NCBI GenBank assembly: GCA_965649765.1
Contig: OZ287755.1
Location: 40,176,001-40,240,000 of the forward strand
Origin: Bispira polyomma
Taxonomy: Eukaryota
Direction of reading: 5' to 3'
DNA length: 64,000 nucleotides
Position numbers and translations under genes: made by a program. This document shows positions 39,431 to 53,400 of the stretch, piece after piece (position 1 is the first letter of the stretch; each line of letters begins with the position of its first letter). The notes beneath the pieces are model-generated. The model was not told the origin of the DNA, did not search any database, and saw only the letters and a list, made by a program, of their open reading frames with translations.

Positions 39431-40469
39431 TTGAAATTCTAACCAAATTAATTCTAAATCTCAAAAATAAAAGCCTAATAATACTAAAGAATCTTTCAAT
39501 AAGTATAAAAAAAATAAAATCCTGTATTATATCTCAGCAAAAATGTAGATGTTGACTCCTCGATGACACTGACTGAACTGAATGAATTTGTCAAAGTGTG
39601 GCGGCCTTTTATAGTAAAATCTGACACACAATACACATGCTTTGACACATAAGCAATGCACGTACTAGGTATGTATAGCACTCTCACAAGACACACAATA
39701 AACAATGACACTAATTAGATATTTGACCGTGATTAACTAAACACAAGCGAGCAGGTGACGCGGTACGTATAACACATACGACACTAATAAAATATTTGAC
39801 CGCGATGTTTGTATAAGGATCACAATACATGCCCTCTGAAATTCTAGGTAAGCACTACACACACTCATATGTATAAGGTACAAAGCTGGAATTCATCAAA
39901 AGAATTTATGATGTGACATGTATTTACCTTCTAGGTATCTGCTTGGTGTGAAAATGGGTTATAGGTGTGTTGTGAGAGTGTTTTGAGTTTATTGCGTATG
40001 ACTGGGTATGAGTAAGATACCCCTTCTTGGCGGCTTGTATTACGGTTTTATAGGTTTTTTTTAAATTGCAGAAAGGGCCGTGAGGATATACGTTTACCCA
40101 TAATTTCAGACGGATATATTTGTATCATTTTGTACACAAACATTTGTGGCAGTGAATATTGTTTTTCTGTCAGTACATTTGCCAAATTATATTTCATGAA
40201 AGTCTGTCTAGTACATCGTTATTCTGTGCTTCTGTCATTTTGCTGTACAGATGGCATTGACTAGCAACTTGATCAAATCCTGCACTAGCACCAACTAGCC
40301 TGTACAATAAATTACAGGTTACCTACTCTAATTCAAGAGATATTTAAATATATAAACAACCTTATTAATAATTAACTGAAAAAATGAGTTTTTAATGCAA
40401 TTTTTAAAATTTAGTTGGGTTTTATCTCACTTTCAACTACTTAAGTCATATTTCAATGGCCGAACTTAA

Positions 40470-40585
40470 TCGTACAAGAAACTACCCACCTACAGCAAGT
40501 ACCTGACAAACTCTCCTACATGAAGGAATAAACACGATACAAACACACATTAGGGAGAGGCCAGTGATTGGGCCACCATGGCCCC
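40470..40585 (-). mobile_element. SINE family 2 fragment
   Basis: Reverse complement GGGGCCATGGTGGCCCAATCACTGGCCTCTC...TTTGTCAGGTACTTGC. Confidence 0.55.
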
Positions 40586-42899
40586 TGTTTTTAACATGTG
40601 GACTGAGTTTAGTCAACTCTAATGCATTGTTACACATATGTGATATTCAAAGATCTCATGGAAATACTTTTACAGAAGCCATTTTCATATGATCCTAGTA
40701 ATTTTGAAGTATGTTTGCTGGCATATTTTAGTGCATATTATTAGGTGAATTTTAAAATGTGACCAATCGTTGCTAAGTTTGCACTATTGAATGGATTTTT
40801 ATTCAACAAAGGAATCATAAAGTGTCTCATGTCAGACTTTATAATAGTAGCAAATGGTTTAAAAATTACAGATATATCCAAATTCAACCAAGGGCAGGAT
40901 GTCACAAAGTTGAAAAAATATTGAACAAATATTGAGATCCATGCGGTTTAATTATGTGTGACAAACCTTATCTTCATTCACACAATACTTTAGTTCAAGA
41001 GAGGTACATCATCTTTTAGACAAATAAAATAAATCATGTGATGGCATAGGGTCCTGTTATGTACAACAAACAAAAAATTCTGAGAAAGGCTAAAGTAGCA
41101 CTATTATGTTGTAAAGTGAAATCATCCCAATTTATTATCACACATGCAGATGTTACTAAGTGCGGTCTAGTTTATGGCTACTCATTATCAGTTCATCAAA
41201 GATATAATGTTCTGAGTAAATATCAGTAAACATACCTAGAACCCTGGGGTCTCAACAAAGAGAAATTTAAACAACACCATACCACGATTACGATTACAGG
41301 ATATTAAATATAATCATGTATCTCCTACTGACAGATTGCCTTAAACTAGTTTTCTCTATCCTTATATCAAGGACGTTTGATATCTATGTCTCTTAATATG
41401 GTGTATGCAATCACGATTATTCAAATTTATGGGAAATATACCAAATAATTTGTCATATATGGGTTACAGGTAGAATATTTGAACAGTTGTATTTAGTGTA
41501 TTCTTTATAAACACTGTCAAATGTAATTATTTAAAAGTGATTGTAATTACCCTTCATTTCTGTCATAAATTTGGAGATAGTTATATCACACATAGGTATT
41601 TTACCTTTGGCACATGCTACATGTAACACTTGTTAACTTGAGATATCAAAATAGGCTTCTGTTAAATTAAAACAAAGCCGAATTAGGTAATTCAGTGGTA
41701 AAACATGTGCAAATTTGTGTACAGAGAAGTTCCCATCAGTCCAAAATAAAGAAAAAAGAGCCTAGCTTTGTAATTAAACCCTAGCAATTGTGCGGTTATT
41801 ATGTTTTTACTGGTCATGGCTCAAACAGTGAATGGGTAAGCCATTGTTATTACACAAATTTTTATATTGGTTTTTCCATAAGATTATTCTGTTTAATAAT
41901 GAACTACATGTATATAGAAATTATATTTAACTCACAAATAATTTTATCATAATTTTAAATCTAGACAGATATCAAAATATAATTTTTAACACACAAGCCC
42001 CGTCCGCCCCTCCAACCCCCCCCCCCCCCCAAACACACACACACTCACACACCACCACCATCAACAACATAGAATGAAAGGGGGAGGGGTGTCTCTTTGC
42101 CATCAAAATCTACCAGTATTCTTATCTGTCATAAATCTTTAAAGGTAATACAACACAAACATTTTATACTGTTCACTTTAAATTTCCTCGATTTTAGAAA
42201 AATACTAAAAACTAAAGTGTTATGAAGTCCGCATCAAATTTATGAATCTGTAAGTTTTACATTAAATTAATGAAATTAATACTAAATAAAATAAAATACT
42301 AAATATCAATAAATTGTACACACACTAACTGTTATTACCAAATCATCTTTTCATCACAGAAGTCCCCTGTAGCAGGGGACCCCAATTCATCAAATTGCTA
42401 ACTCTTAATGTGATTAAATATATATTTCGAATTGTAGGACAAACGTAACTAGACAAAAAAAATAAAATAACTATACTTTTTGTGATAGTTATATGTTTAT
42501 ATGTTTTATGGTAATATGGTTTTTTGCAATAAAAAATACTTTTTGTCCTAGTAGTGACACTTTGTGCAAATACTTTATCTCTGGTTTCTTTTTGTCCGTA
42601 CCTCGTATTTAGCTATGAAAATTTGCTTTAACCAGAGTGTTGAATTATCAACAAAAATATTGTGAAGTATCTGTAAAATTTCATTGTTCCTGATGTATTA
42701 GGATATTTCTGATGCATAAGATATACTTTGTCATTATTATGCTGACTGTTCATTAAACTTGCATTATTTTCAAAGACAACTATAAATTTTAAACCAAAAA
42801 TAAAATTGCTTATTAAATTTTGTATCCGAATAAACAACCTTTTGTGGGTTTTCTGAATGACTTACTAAATTGTCGTATCTATAAGCCTTGATGACTTAT

Positions 42900-43220
42900 T
42901 GCTGTTGTGTGAATCCCAATACCTTGGATGATTTCAAAATCATCATTGAAGATTAAGTCTTGAAGATTGCAAACTTCATCAACATTCAAAATATGAAGGC
43001 CTAACTTAAACCCTACTTCTTTACGAAAGGAGTGTCTTGATGTTCCACTGACTCCCTAAAATCTTTCAGAGCTAACTCCTTTACTAAAAAACCCAAAATT
43101 CGATAGAAATAACTTTAAAAATTACAGACCAATATCTAATCTTAGCATGTGTGCAAGTTGATTAAGAAAGATGTTGCACTCTAAATTAATAAACATATAT
43201 CCATTAACTATATGTCTCAA
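42900..43220 (+). mobile_element. L2/CR1-type LINE RT fragment, very degenerate
   Basis: LLKNPKFDRNNFKNYRPISNL motif. Confidence 0.65.
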
Positions 43221-43384
43221 ACAAGTAGTGGAAATCAGTGGATTTGTGGATTAACAATGTGTTTGTAACTTCTTTCTCTTTTTATCTTTATCTATATTGA
43301 CAATTTTCTAATGTGTAAGGATATCAAGAAATTTTCTACTGCACATAGACTTTGAAATGCAAAGGTTCACAAAGTGTCACCATA

Positions 43385-44000
43385 ATATACAGCTGTGGTA
43401 GTAAGATCACTAGCATGGTAGTAGGATCAAATAGCCATGGTATTATGCTTAACAGCCGTGGCAGTAAGCTCACTGTACATGCTAGTAAGTTTAATATGCA
43501 TGGTAGTAAGTTCAATAACCATGGTGGTAAGATCAATGGCCGTGGTTGTAAGCTCAATAGCCGTGGTAGTAAGCTCAATAGCCATGGTAGTAAGCTAAAT
43601 ATCCATTATAGTAAACTCAATAGCCATGATTGTAAGCTCAATAGCCATTGTAGCAAGCTCTATAGTCATGTCTTTTTAGCTAAATAGCATTTATGGTGAA
43701 CTTAATGACCATGATAATAAACTCAATAGCCATGATTATAAGCTCCATAGCCATGGTAGTAATCCCCATAGCTATGATTGTAAGGTCAATAGCCAAGACA
43801 GAAAGTTCAATAGCCATGACTGTAAGCTCAATAACCAGGATTCTAACCATGATTGTATAGCCATGGCAGTAAGCTCAATAGCCATGGCTTGCAGCTAAAT
43901 AGCCGTGGGAGTAAGCTGAATAACCATAGGTGTAAGCTAAATAGCCATGGTAGTAAGCTTAAAATCCATGATAGTAAGATCAATAGCCATGATAGTAAGT
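43385..44000. repeat. 21-bp minisatellite, same family as 18.6-19.9 kb
   Basis: GTAGTAAGCTCAATAGCCATG units; leading sequence matches ~18640. Confidence 0.9.
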
Positions 44001-44252
44001 TGCTTAGAATTTGCATTGAAAGAGTGATAGCCACAATACAAGAGGCAACTGCAACGTCTTACACTCATAAATAATGAAACTTGTACTGCAAACATTTGTA
44101 TATATATGACATTGAATTTATATACACACATGGTTATCATACAAAGGGACACAACATAGTAATGCATCATGTATTTAAATTTTTATTGCAGATTTCAAAT
44201 GACAATGTCACATATCTAACAATGAAATAATTTCATCCAAAAATATCTTATT

Positions 44253-44480
44253 TTAAGTTGATAAAGCTATCAAAAACCCGTAAAAGGAAGACTGGATGTC
44301 ATTCATGTCTCCCGTTACTTTAGATACTGCGGTTCCAGTTGAGCGACTACTGCGCAGCCACACACGACTTCCGGCTGAGCACTCTGTTATCAGTACATTT
44401 GTGCCTTGATCCCAGCCCTCTGCACTGCCTGTGGCAGTCGTGTATGCATCGTCATTGATCATAATCTGAGGAGCCACATG
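44253..44480 (-). CDS. A3 exon 4 (C1q C-half)
   Basis: ttgacag acceptor; GSRVWL and FYGFLI motifs; TAA stop. Confidence 0.9.
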   Translation of the reverse strand, partial: HVAPQIMINDDAYTTATGSAEGWDQGTNVLITECSAGSRVWLRSSRSTGTAVSKVTGDMNDIQSSFYGFLIALST

Positions 44481-47400
44481 CTGTCAAAGGCAATAATGCA
44501 AGAGAAGATATCATCATAATTATTATTTGTTTATTATATGTTTACACATAAATAGAATTAAAAAAATGAAAAAAAATATATATATTACAAATTCAGTTTA
44601 CAGAACGTTATAACATAAAGACAAATGCAGTACATAAAATATTATGATGTAAACATATATTCCGTCATATACATATTTCATCAAATGTTGTACCAGAATC
44701 TCTAGCATGTATCAGAGTTCTTAACACCCTACAAATGACACTAAGTAGAGCCTCATCGGTTCCCCTGGTCCCTGATTTATCAGGTTATCACACAATATTT
44801 CCGTCAGTCTTTCACAAATAATGAGGCTACAATACTGAATTTTTTACTACAATATCTTTTATCAGTCACCTCCAAAAACGTTTTACATAAATTAAGCCCC
44901 AGTAAAGTCCCCTTTCCCCCTAATGCCGTGGTCACACTGAGTACGTTTCGTGTACGTTTTTGCCGTTTCTGGGGGGTATATATAGGAGTCAATCACATAT
45001 TTTCCTCATTATTTGAATTTCATTCTACTGTTCACTGGATTTTTCAACAACTTCAACAATGGCTTTTAAATTTGTATTGGAGCAATTCCAGGTCCTGCAG
45101 CAAGCTATGATGGTTCAAGTACAAGCGATGCGGAATATTTTTTATGCCACTCAACAGATAGGTATGGAAGAACAGGTAGGTATGGTCAGAAGGAGAAGGC
45201 CGAGGCAGGTGTGGACCAGGCCCTGGATAATTAGGAGACCATTGTTTGGATTCTACGAGCACCTATTGCAGGAGATTGAGGCTAAGGACCCTGCTAGTTA
45301 TAGGAATTTCACCAGGATTGATCCTGTCCTCTTCCGAGAACTGATCCAACGCCTGCAACCAAGACTGCAAAGAAAAACGGTCAGTTTTAAGGCTCCCCTA
45401 GAACCAGGTTTAATGGTGGCCATCCCCCTGAGATACCTGGCTACTGGTTTCGGACTACTGATCTATGGCCTATGGTTTTCATGTGACACATAACACAGTG
45501 TCAGTGATTATCCGGGAAGTTTGCCATACCATAGAAGCAGAATACCTTGATGAAGTTATATCTGCTCGGGACACACCCCAGGGCTGGACTGATATTGCAG
45601 AACTTTTCAAGAAAAGATAGAACTATTCCCATTGCATTGGTGCAATAGATGGGAAACTCGTCCTATTGAAGCCCTCTCACAGTGGATCACAGTTATATAA
45701 CTACAAGCGGTTTACTTCAGTTATACTTTTGGCTGTGGTGGGTGCTGACTACAAGTTCATCAACCTCGATGTTGGTGCAAATGGCTGCTGCTCTGATGCC
45801 CAGATCTGGAATGCCTCTTACTTGAAGCAAGCCTTAGAGGATGACCTACTTCCAGCAGCTACTCAAGGAGAGTTGTTAAAAATGCTTTTGGGTTCCTCGT
45901 CAATGGGTTCAGATGCCTCAGTGAGAAGTTGCGCCATGGTCCAGAAGTAGCCACTCTAATCACCACAGTCTGCTGCATCTTGCACAACATTTTCAGAGTG
46001 AGGTATCCAAATGGCCAAAACCCAGAATTGTTGGACAACGAAGACGCACATCACAATCTACTACCAGGGGATTGGAGAAATGGGGCAGCGTTGCAAGATA
46101 TGGAGGAGATGCTGCTGGGAAACACGACAAACAGAGAGGCCAAGGCTTAACACACCTTACTAAAGGGGTACTACAACAACCCAATAGGTGCTGTTTCCTT
46201 GCAGGACGGAATGATTTAATGTATACTTTGCATCCAATTTTTGTAATTAATATGTCATTTTGTGAATAAAGGCTGCTTCTTCTTGTTGTTTTATTTTATA
46301 ACTAACTTTGAAAGGGCAATTAACCACTATCAACTGGGTTCAAACCCAAGAACCAAGAACTCATCATTTGACTTTCAAAGGGAAATTTATATCAACTACC
46401 ATCAACTGGGTTCAAACCCAGAAGCAAACAACTAGTCATTTGACTTTCAAAAGTTTCAAATGGCCATTGTCTTAACAACCATGGGTTCAAACCCAGTAGC
46501 AAAGAAATTGTTATTTGACTTTCAAAGGGACATTTATCTCAACCACCATCAACAGGGTTTACATACAGAAGCAAAGAACTAGTAATTTGACTTTTAAAAG
46601 TTTCAAATGGCCATTGTTTCAACCATCATCAACTGGGTTAAAACCCAGGAGCAAAGAACTTGTCATTTGACTTTCAAAACTCCGAACTCCAACAAGTGCT
46701 ACTACTGGGTCAAACCCCAGAACCAAATAACTAGCCCTTTAGTTTGCGAAAGTAAATTTTTAATAAAAAGATAAGATCAAATAACACAAGTAACTGAAAT
46801 CCAACATTCTTTTATTTTAATTTGTAACAAAACAAAGTACATCACAAGTACATCACCAATACATTATAAGTGCTACTATGGATACTGTAAGACAGTACAT
46901 AACAAGTACACCACCAATACATTACAAGTGCTACTATGGATACGGTAAGGAAGTACATCACAAATACATCACAAATACAAGTGCTACTCTGGATACTGTA
47001 AGACAGTACATAACAAGTACACCACCAATACATTACAAGTGCTACTCCTGCCCCTCCAAATATTGATAGGCATTACAAATATTCTGCATAGCTTGTACAT
47101 CACCAATACATTACAAATGCTACTCTGACAAGAGTTGGTAAAAAACTACATCACAAGTACATTACCAATGCATTACAATGTTTCATCTTTTCTAGAAAAG
47201 TTCTGCCATGTCCATCCGTCCTTAGGGTTTATCCAGAGCACATATAATTCTATCGCTGTATGTCACCTCTATGGCACGGAAAACATCCCTGATAATGACC
47301 TTAATTTACTTTAATTTACTTCAATTTATTTAATTAATTTATTCATTTTTAATTGTACATATTCATATTTTCAGAGATTGAGATTCATATTCATATTTTT

Positions 47401-50400
47401 CAGAGATTGAGATTGAGATAAAGCTCTTATAGATATCTGGAGGATCAGACATAAGGAAAAGCTAATTTTTACAAGACGTGAAATGACAAAACTTGGACTG
47501 GTTCAGTCTTGAATCGACTTTTGGCTTGTTTCAATACAAATAGAATCATTAATTGTGGATACGAGTGTAAAAGCTGGAAACAGCTCTGATCATAGAATAA
47601 TATATCTCGAAATTGAAATAACAGAAAGTAGAAAAAGGGGTAGGGAAATATAGAAATTTAACAATGCCCTTCTAACAGATCTAAGTTATGTTAATTTAAT
47701 TAAAGATATTGTTAAAAATATTAAAAATAAGGTATTTATGGAAACTTCGTAAAACTTTGTAAAATGTGAAATTAGTCATACAATTATTTACTCAGCTGAT
47801 AAAGCAAAGAGAATAAGAGAACAGGAGAACGATCTGGTAGAAATAAATAACAGATTAGAGCAAAACATTAACGAAAATGAAAGTAGCTATTCAGTGTAAA
47901 CTTGAATGGGAAAATCTAATTAAGACCAAAAATAATGGTATAATAACAAGGTCAAAGGCCTAATGGATAGAGCAGGGTGAAAAAAAAATACAAAATATTT
48001 CTTAAATCTAGAGAAACGAAATTTTAATAACAAGTATGTAAACAAAATTATCACGGACAATGATAACGAATTAACTGATCTCGAAAACATAATACAAGAA
48101 GAAGAAAGGTATTATCGGAAATTATACACATCTGAGGTCAATACAGATAACTTTGCTATAGAAAGCCACTTTTTGAACAACAATTTGATTCCAAAGTTAG
48201 AAAATGCTGATCATCTTTTATGTGAAGCCCTATTGACTATTGAAGAATATACAAATGCACTGAAACTTCTACGTAATAATAAATCTCCAGGGTCAGATGG
48301 TTTCACAACCAACTTTTACAAATTCTTTTGGATTGACTTTAAAGATATGTTGTTCGATAGTTTTCTTTTTTCATTTGTACATAAGCAGTTAAATAATGAC
48401 CAACAGATAGGAATAATAAATTGGATACCGAAAGGTGATAAGGATCTTTGTTACTTGTCAAACTGGAGACCTGTAAGTCTGTTGCAAACAGATTATAAAA
48501 TCTTGACAAAAGCATTAGCCTTAAGACTACAGAAAGTCTTACCAAAAAATTATACATCCACATCTGGTAGGATATATTTTAGGCAGATAGATTTCAGAAA
48601 AGCCTTTGACATAATAGAATAGAACTTTATGTTCAAATGTTTAGAAAAATTTAACCTTGGTCCCCAGTTTATCAGTTGGGTTAAAATATTGTGCACCAAG
48701 ATATCTTCATGTGTAGGTAATAATGGCTATTACTCTCAATATTTACAGCTAACACGAAGTATTAGACAAGGTTGCCCAGTTTCTGCTATACTTTTTCTGC
48801 TTTTTGCAGAAATAATGGCAATATGAATAAGACACAAAGATGATATAAAGGGAATATCTGTAAATGGATGTGAATTCAAAATTAAAATGCTAGCTGATGA
48901 TACAACCCTTTTTCAAAAGAATATGGCATCTGTTGAAGAAGCGGTTTAACAATATAATTTTTTTTCTCAATGTTCAGGGTTAAAACTCAATCTTGACAAA
49001 ACTGAAATAATACCAATTGATACAAATGTGCATAAAATTATCACCACTCCTAAGTCAACCAATATTGTTAAAATAAAAAAAAAACACTGCATTTAAAACA
49101 ATAGGGATCTGCTTTTCCAAAAGTAGAAAAGAAATGGTTTATTTATTCAGTTTTATCTCTACAAAAAAGTGCTTGACAATGTTTCATCAACAATTCTTAG
49201 AAAGCTGGTATAAAGTCTATTGTACAACTTCTGACAATGAAACTGAGATATTAAATGAATATATGAAGAAGAAAAAAGGAAAATAACTAAAACACCAACT
49301 GCAATTGAAAGCTGGATCAAAATTTATCCTTGGAATCTCATCATTGGACTGAAACTTTTACACTACCATATCAATTTTTAATAGAACCTTACCATCAAAT
49401 TTTTCAATACAAGATAATTAACAGACTTTTAAATTGTAATTACAACTTATATAAGTGGCACATACTTACTTCACCAAATTGTTTGTACTGTGGGAGTGTA
49501 GACACGATTTTTCACCATTTATATGAATGTCAAGAAAGTATAAAATTCTGGAAAAAATTGGAGGATTGGATCTATAGTTACCTAAACACAAAGTTTAACT
49601 TTACTCTATGTGAAGTGATAGTTGGAGTACCTTATACACATGATCCCATATTAGAAACCATAAATGATATTTTAACTCTTGGAAAATGGTTTATCAATAA
49701 AAAAGAACAAATAAGAATAGTCCAATATTCTTTGAATTTGTTTTAGTTTTGAAAGAAAAATTTAAAGTTCTCTGCACAACAAAAATACTTAAAGGAATTA
49801 CACCGGACAAATATTATTATTATGAATTATTATACAAGACCAAATGACATGTTGCTTTGTTTCAAAACATGTAATAGGAATGATATATCTAAGGCTGATT
49901 AATATACTTATTATCATAGTAATGTTGTAATATGTTTGTCTTTTACTGTGGTCTCTTTTTTGCAATACTTGTATATTGTAATGTTGTATTGTATATGTAT
50001 GTATATTTATATGAAAAAAACAATAAAAAAAGAGGAAAAAAAAAGAGATTGAGATAAAGAACATTCAAGCTTTTCTTTGCTTTGTGTATGTACATACTGA
50101 CCATTAAGGTAAGTAGGAGGGGTGAGGCCTTACAAGTGAAATGGGTATCACTGGAGATTATGAAATCAAACCCTTCCATTATGTGCCATCAATACTGAGA
50201 AATTATTGGAAAGATAAATACTTTTCTTTCGAAAGGAGAGACACCTGAAACATGGGAGATGTCAAATCGGACTCAGTGAAAACCTTTAATGCTATACCAG
50301 CAATTACTATTGACCATGCAACGCTTCCCTATTTCTCAAAAAAAATTTGAAAATTGATGAAAAATTGACCCTAATCCTTTTATCAAGGATGCATTTATGA

Positions 50401-53400
50401 CAACTATATGGATTTTTGCATGATGTGGTGGTATAGAAAGAAGAGACAGAAATTTTGGAAGAAAATGACACTCTGAAGAGAGGTCTGATTTAACAAATGG
50501 CTAATGGTACCTAAGAGTCGGGACAATATGGCGGTCTAGTTTGGATTATTGAGGTGTAAGTGGAAGAGTGTAATTGACAATGTGTAATGTTTAATTTATT
50601 ATTTTAGTTCTAATCCTATTTTATTTGTAATTTTATTTTATTTTAAAAGTTTATTTTATTTAGGTTTAATTAGTTTGAACAACCTCTTAAAGTTTAAGGG
50701 ATGTCAGACTTGACAAATGTCACCGACACCTGAGTCAATACCACACTCACACGCAACTTATAAGATTGGAAAATGGATACATTGTTAGATGACATTATTA
50801 AGCTTAACAGAAAGAGGCACATACAACCAAATGAACTCAGAATTGATAGAGTAGAATGTATTTGTAATGTGTAATTTTAACATGACCCCACGGGAAATTT
50901 GCGAGAAAAGTTCCTAAGTTGTGATTTATTAGAGCATCAGAGGCTGTCATTAATGTTTGTATTTATATATACATACTGTACTTATTCTTAGATATATGTC
51001 AAAGTCAACAGGCAACAGACCCTTAAAGGTCAAGATGAAGTGGATGTGGAGGTCGCCTGCAAGGAAAGAAGTGGAGGCATGTGGAGGTCACACACAGTGA
51101 ACTGGAGGAATGTAACTTTAAAAATTAATGTTATAACGTTTAATTTTATTTTATTTATAATTTTGTTTCATTGATAATATATTTGATTCATAATTTTATT
51201 TTATTATCGTGCTAGAAGAAAGACCATTCAAGAAAGCATCTTGAGGACACTTAGAACTTGGGAAAAGGCGTTTGCAAGATTCTACCTTTGTCTAAGCGAC
51301 AAGAGAAGAGATTTGATTAATATTGAGTCAGATCACAGGATGCATGTGGGTGTCACACACAAGAAGGGTATGTAGAAAGTAGAGGTCACCCTCAAGGAAG
51401 GAGTGGAGGAATGTAGAGGTCACCTGCAGTGGAAGAAGTTGAGGCATGTGGAGGTCACCTTCAATGAAGGAATGGAGCAAAGTGGGGGTCACCTGCAAAA
51501 AAGAAGTGGAGGCATCTAGAGGTCTCGCACAAAGAAAACTCAAGGAAGGAATGGAGCAACATACAGGTCACCTCATGGCAGAACTCTGTTAAAGGGTAAG
51601 GAAGTCCCACCAAGGACTATCCCATTAGACCTTTTATACATGAATAGCCCAGAGGCCCACAGTGGTTGACAATGCACAGTGCAGGAAAGTGTAGGTCACC
51701 TGCAAAGAAAGAAGTGGAGCATGTGGAGGTCACACACAGTGAACTGGAGAAATGTATTTTTAAAAATTTATATAATAATATTTATTTTATTTGATAATGT
51801 TATATTTAATTGTATTTGACAATGGTCACTATGGTCGGGTAATAGAGAGGTCACATTAATTAATTAACATATGGGAACAATGTCAGAGGTTGGGGGAGAG
51901 GAAACAGAGGAAATGGGAGGACTGTTGGGGTCAGGCACAGTGTAACAGACAAAATGTAGGACTGGGAAAGTCACAGTGAAACAGAGGAGATGGGAGGAAA
52001 AAAAAGTAGATGCATGGGGGAATGTCTTTTAAAAAAATTATGTAACAATGTTTAATTTTATTTATAATATTATTTATTGATTTAATTTATAACTTTCTTT
52101 GAGAATGAAAGTGAGAAATGATTTTAAATTAGAAACCTGATTCTAGAGGAGCCTTAGAATTTACCAATTTCTTACATCAATCAAATTATCCAAACAAGAT
52201 TTTACTCAATCAATATGATTGACAATGCTGTAATTTCAATCATAATATTATTCAAGAATGGAATGGAAAAAGTTTTATTTAAAATATTATTTAATAATGT
52301 TAAATTTTAATTGATCATTTCTATTAATAATTTTATGGAGAAAGCTTTATAATGTGTATGCAGTAATGTAATTCAATAATGTTATTGAATTATGTTATTC
52401 ACTAATTATGTTACTGCTTCACAAGTTGAGCTTATGAAAGGCCACTAACTTTGGTCACAGACTTAAAAATATTAAAGACACAAAAGCTATTAATACAACT
52501 ATAAAATAGAGGATGTGGTATGCATGGCTATAATCTGAGAAATAGTATGCATATTCAGCCAATCTTTTGTAAGAAAGACTACTACTACAAATCATTCTTT
52601 CCATCAGTTATAAGACTTTGGAACCACCTTAACCCTGACATGAGAGGTGTCTTATCACTTCAAATTTTTAAGTCAAAGCTAAAATCAAACTATCAAGTAA
52701 AATTTAATAAAGCCAATTTGTGGCACACAGGTAAACCTGCAGTATACACAGTAGGCTTCGAATGGGTCTCAGTGCTTTGAACTTCCACCGTAGATCATAC
52801 GGCTTCATAGAACACAACTGCTGCTCTGTGTGTAAAACTGGTCCAGAAACTGTGACACATTATTTCATAGAATGCCCTGCTTATCCTGCTCATAGAGATG
52901 AAATGCTACAGAACATAAGTACTCATATGCCTGAAATTAATCTTCTTGATTGTCCAAGTGAGTTATCACATATTTTACTGTATTGCACTGGTCTTTTTAA
53001 AATTGATCGAACACTATTTGAAATAGTACAGTTCTTTATTTCACACACCAATAGGTTCACTATTAATTAGATTTTAATGTCACACATGTTACATGTCATC
53101 CTATCATCCTATCATTCAGCTTTTGTACTATGTAATAACTTCCTGTTTTTCTAAATTATCACTTAATAGTGTATAGTGTTTCTTTGGTACTATATGTTGT
53201 TGTTTAACTATGTAAAATGTGTTTTTCCTTGGACAAGAACCCCAAGTGGCCTGTAGCTGTGGGTAATTGTCGTTAAATAAATTATGTTTAAATAAAAAAA
53301 TACATAATTAAAAATTATAACTACTAAATCATATAACGATATAATTAGGACTATGACATATTTTAATATCTGTTAATACTGTAGTCCACAAAAGGGGTGG

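Noticed and set aside
46320-47180. CRISPR-like array
   Set aside because: The spacers are homologous to one another, the context is eukaryotic and there are no cas genes.
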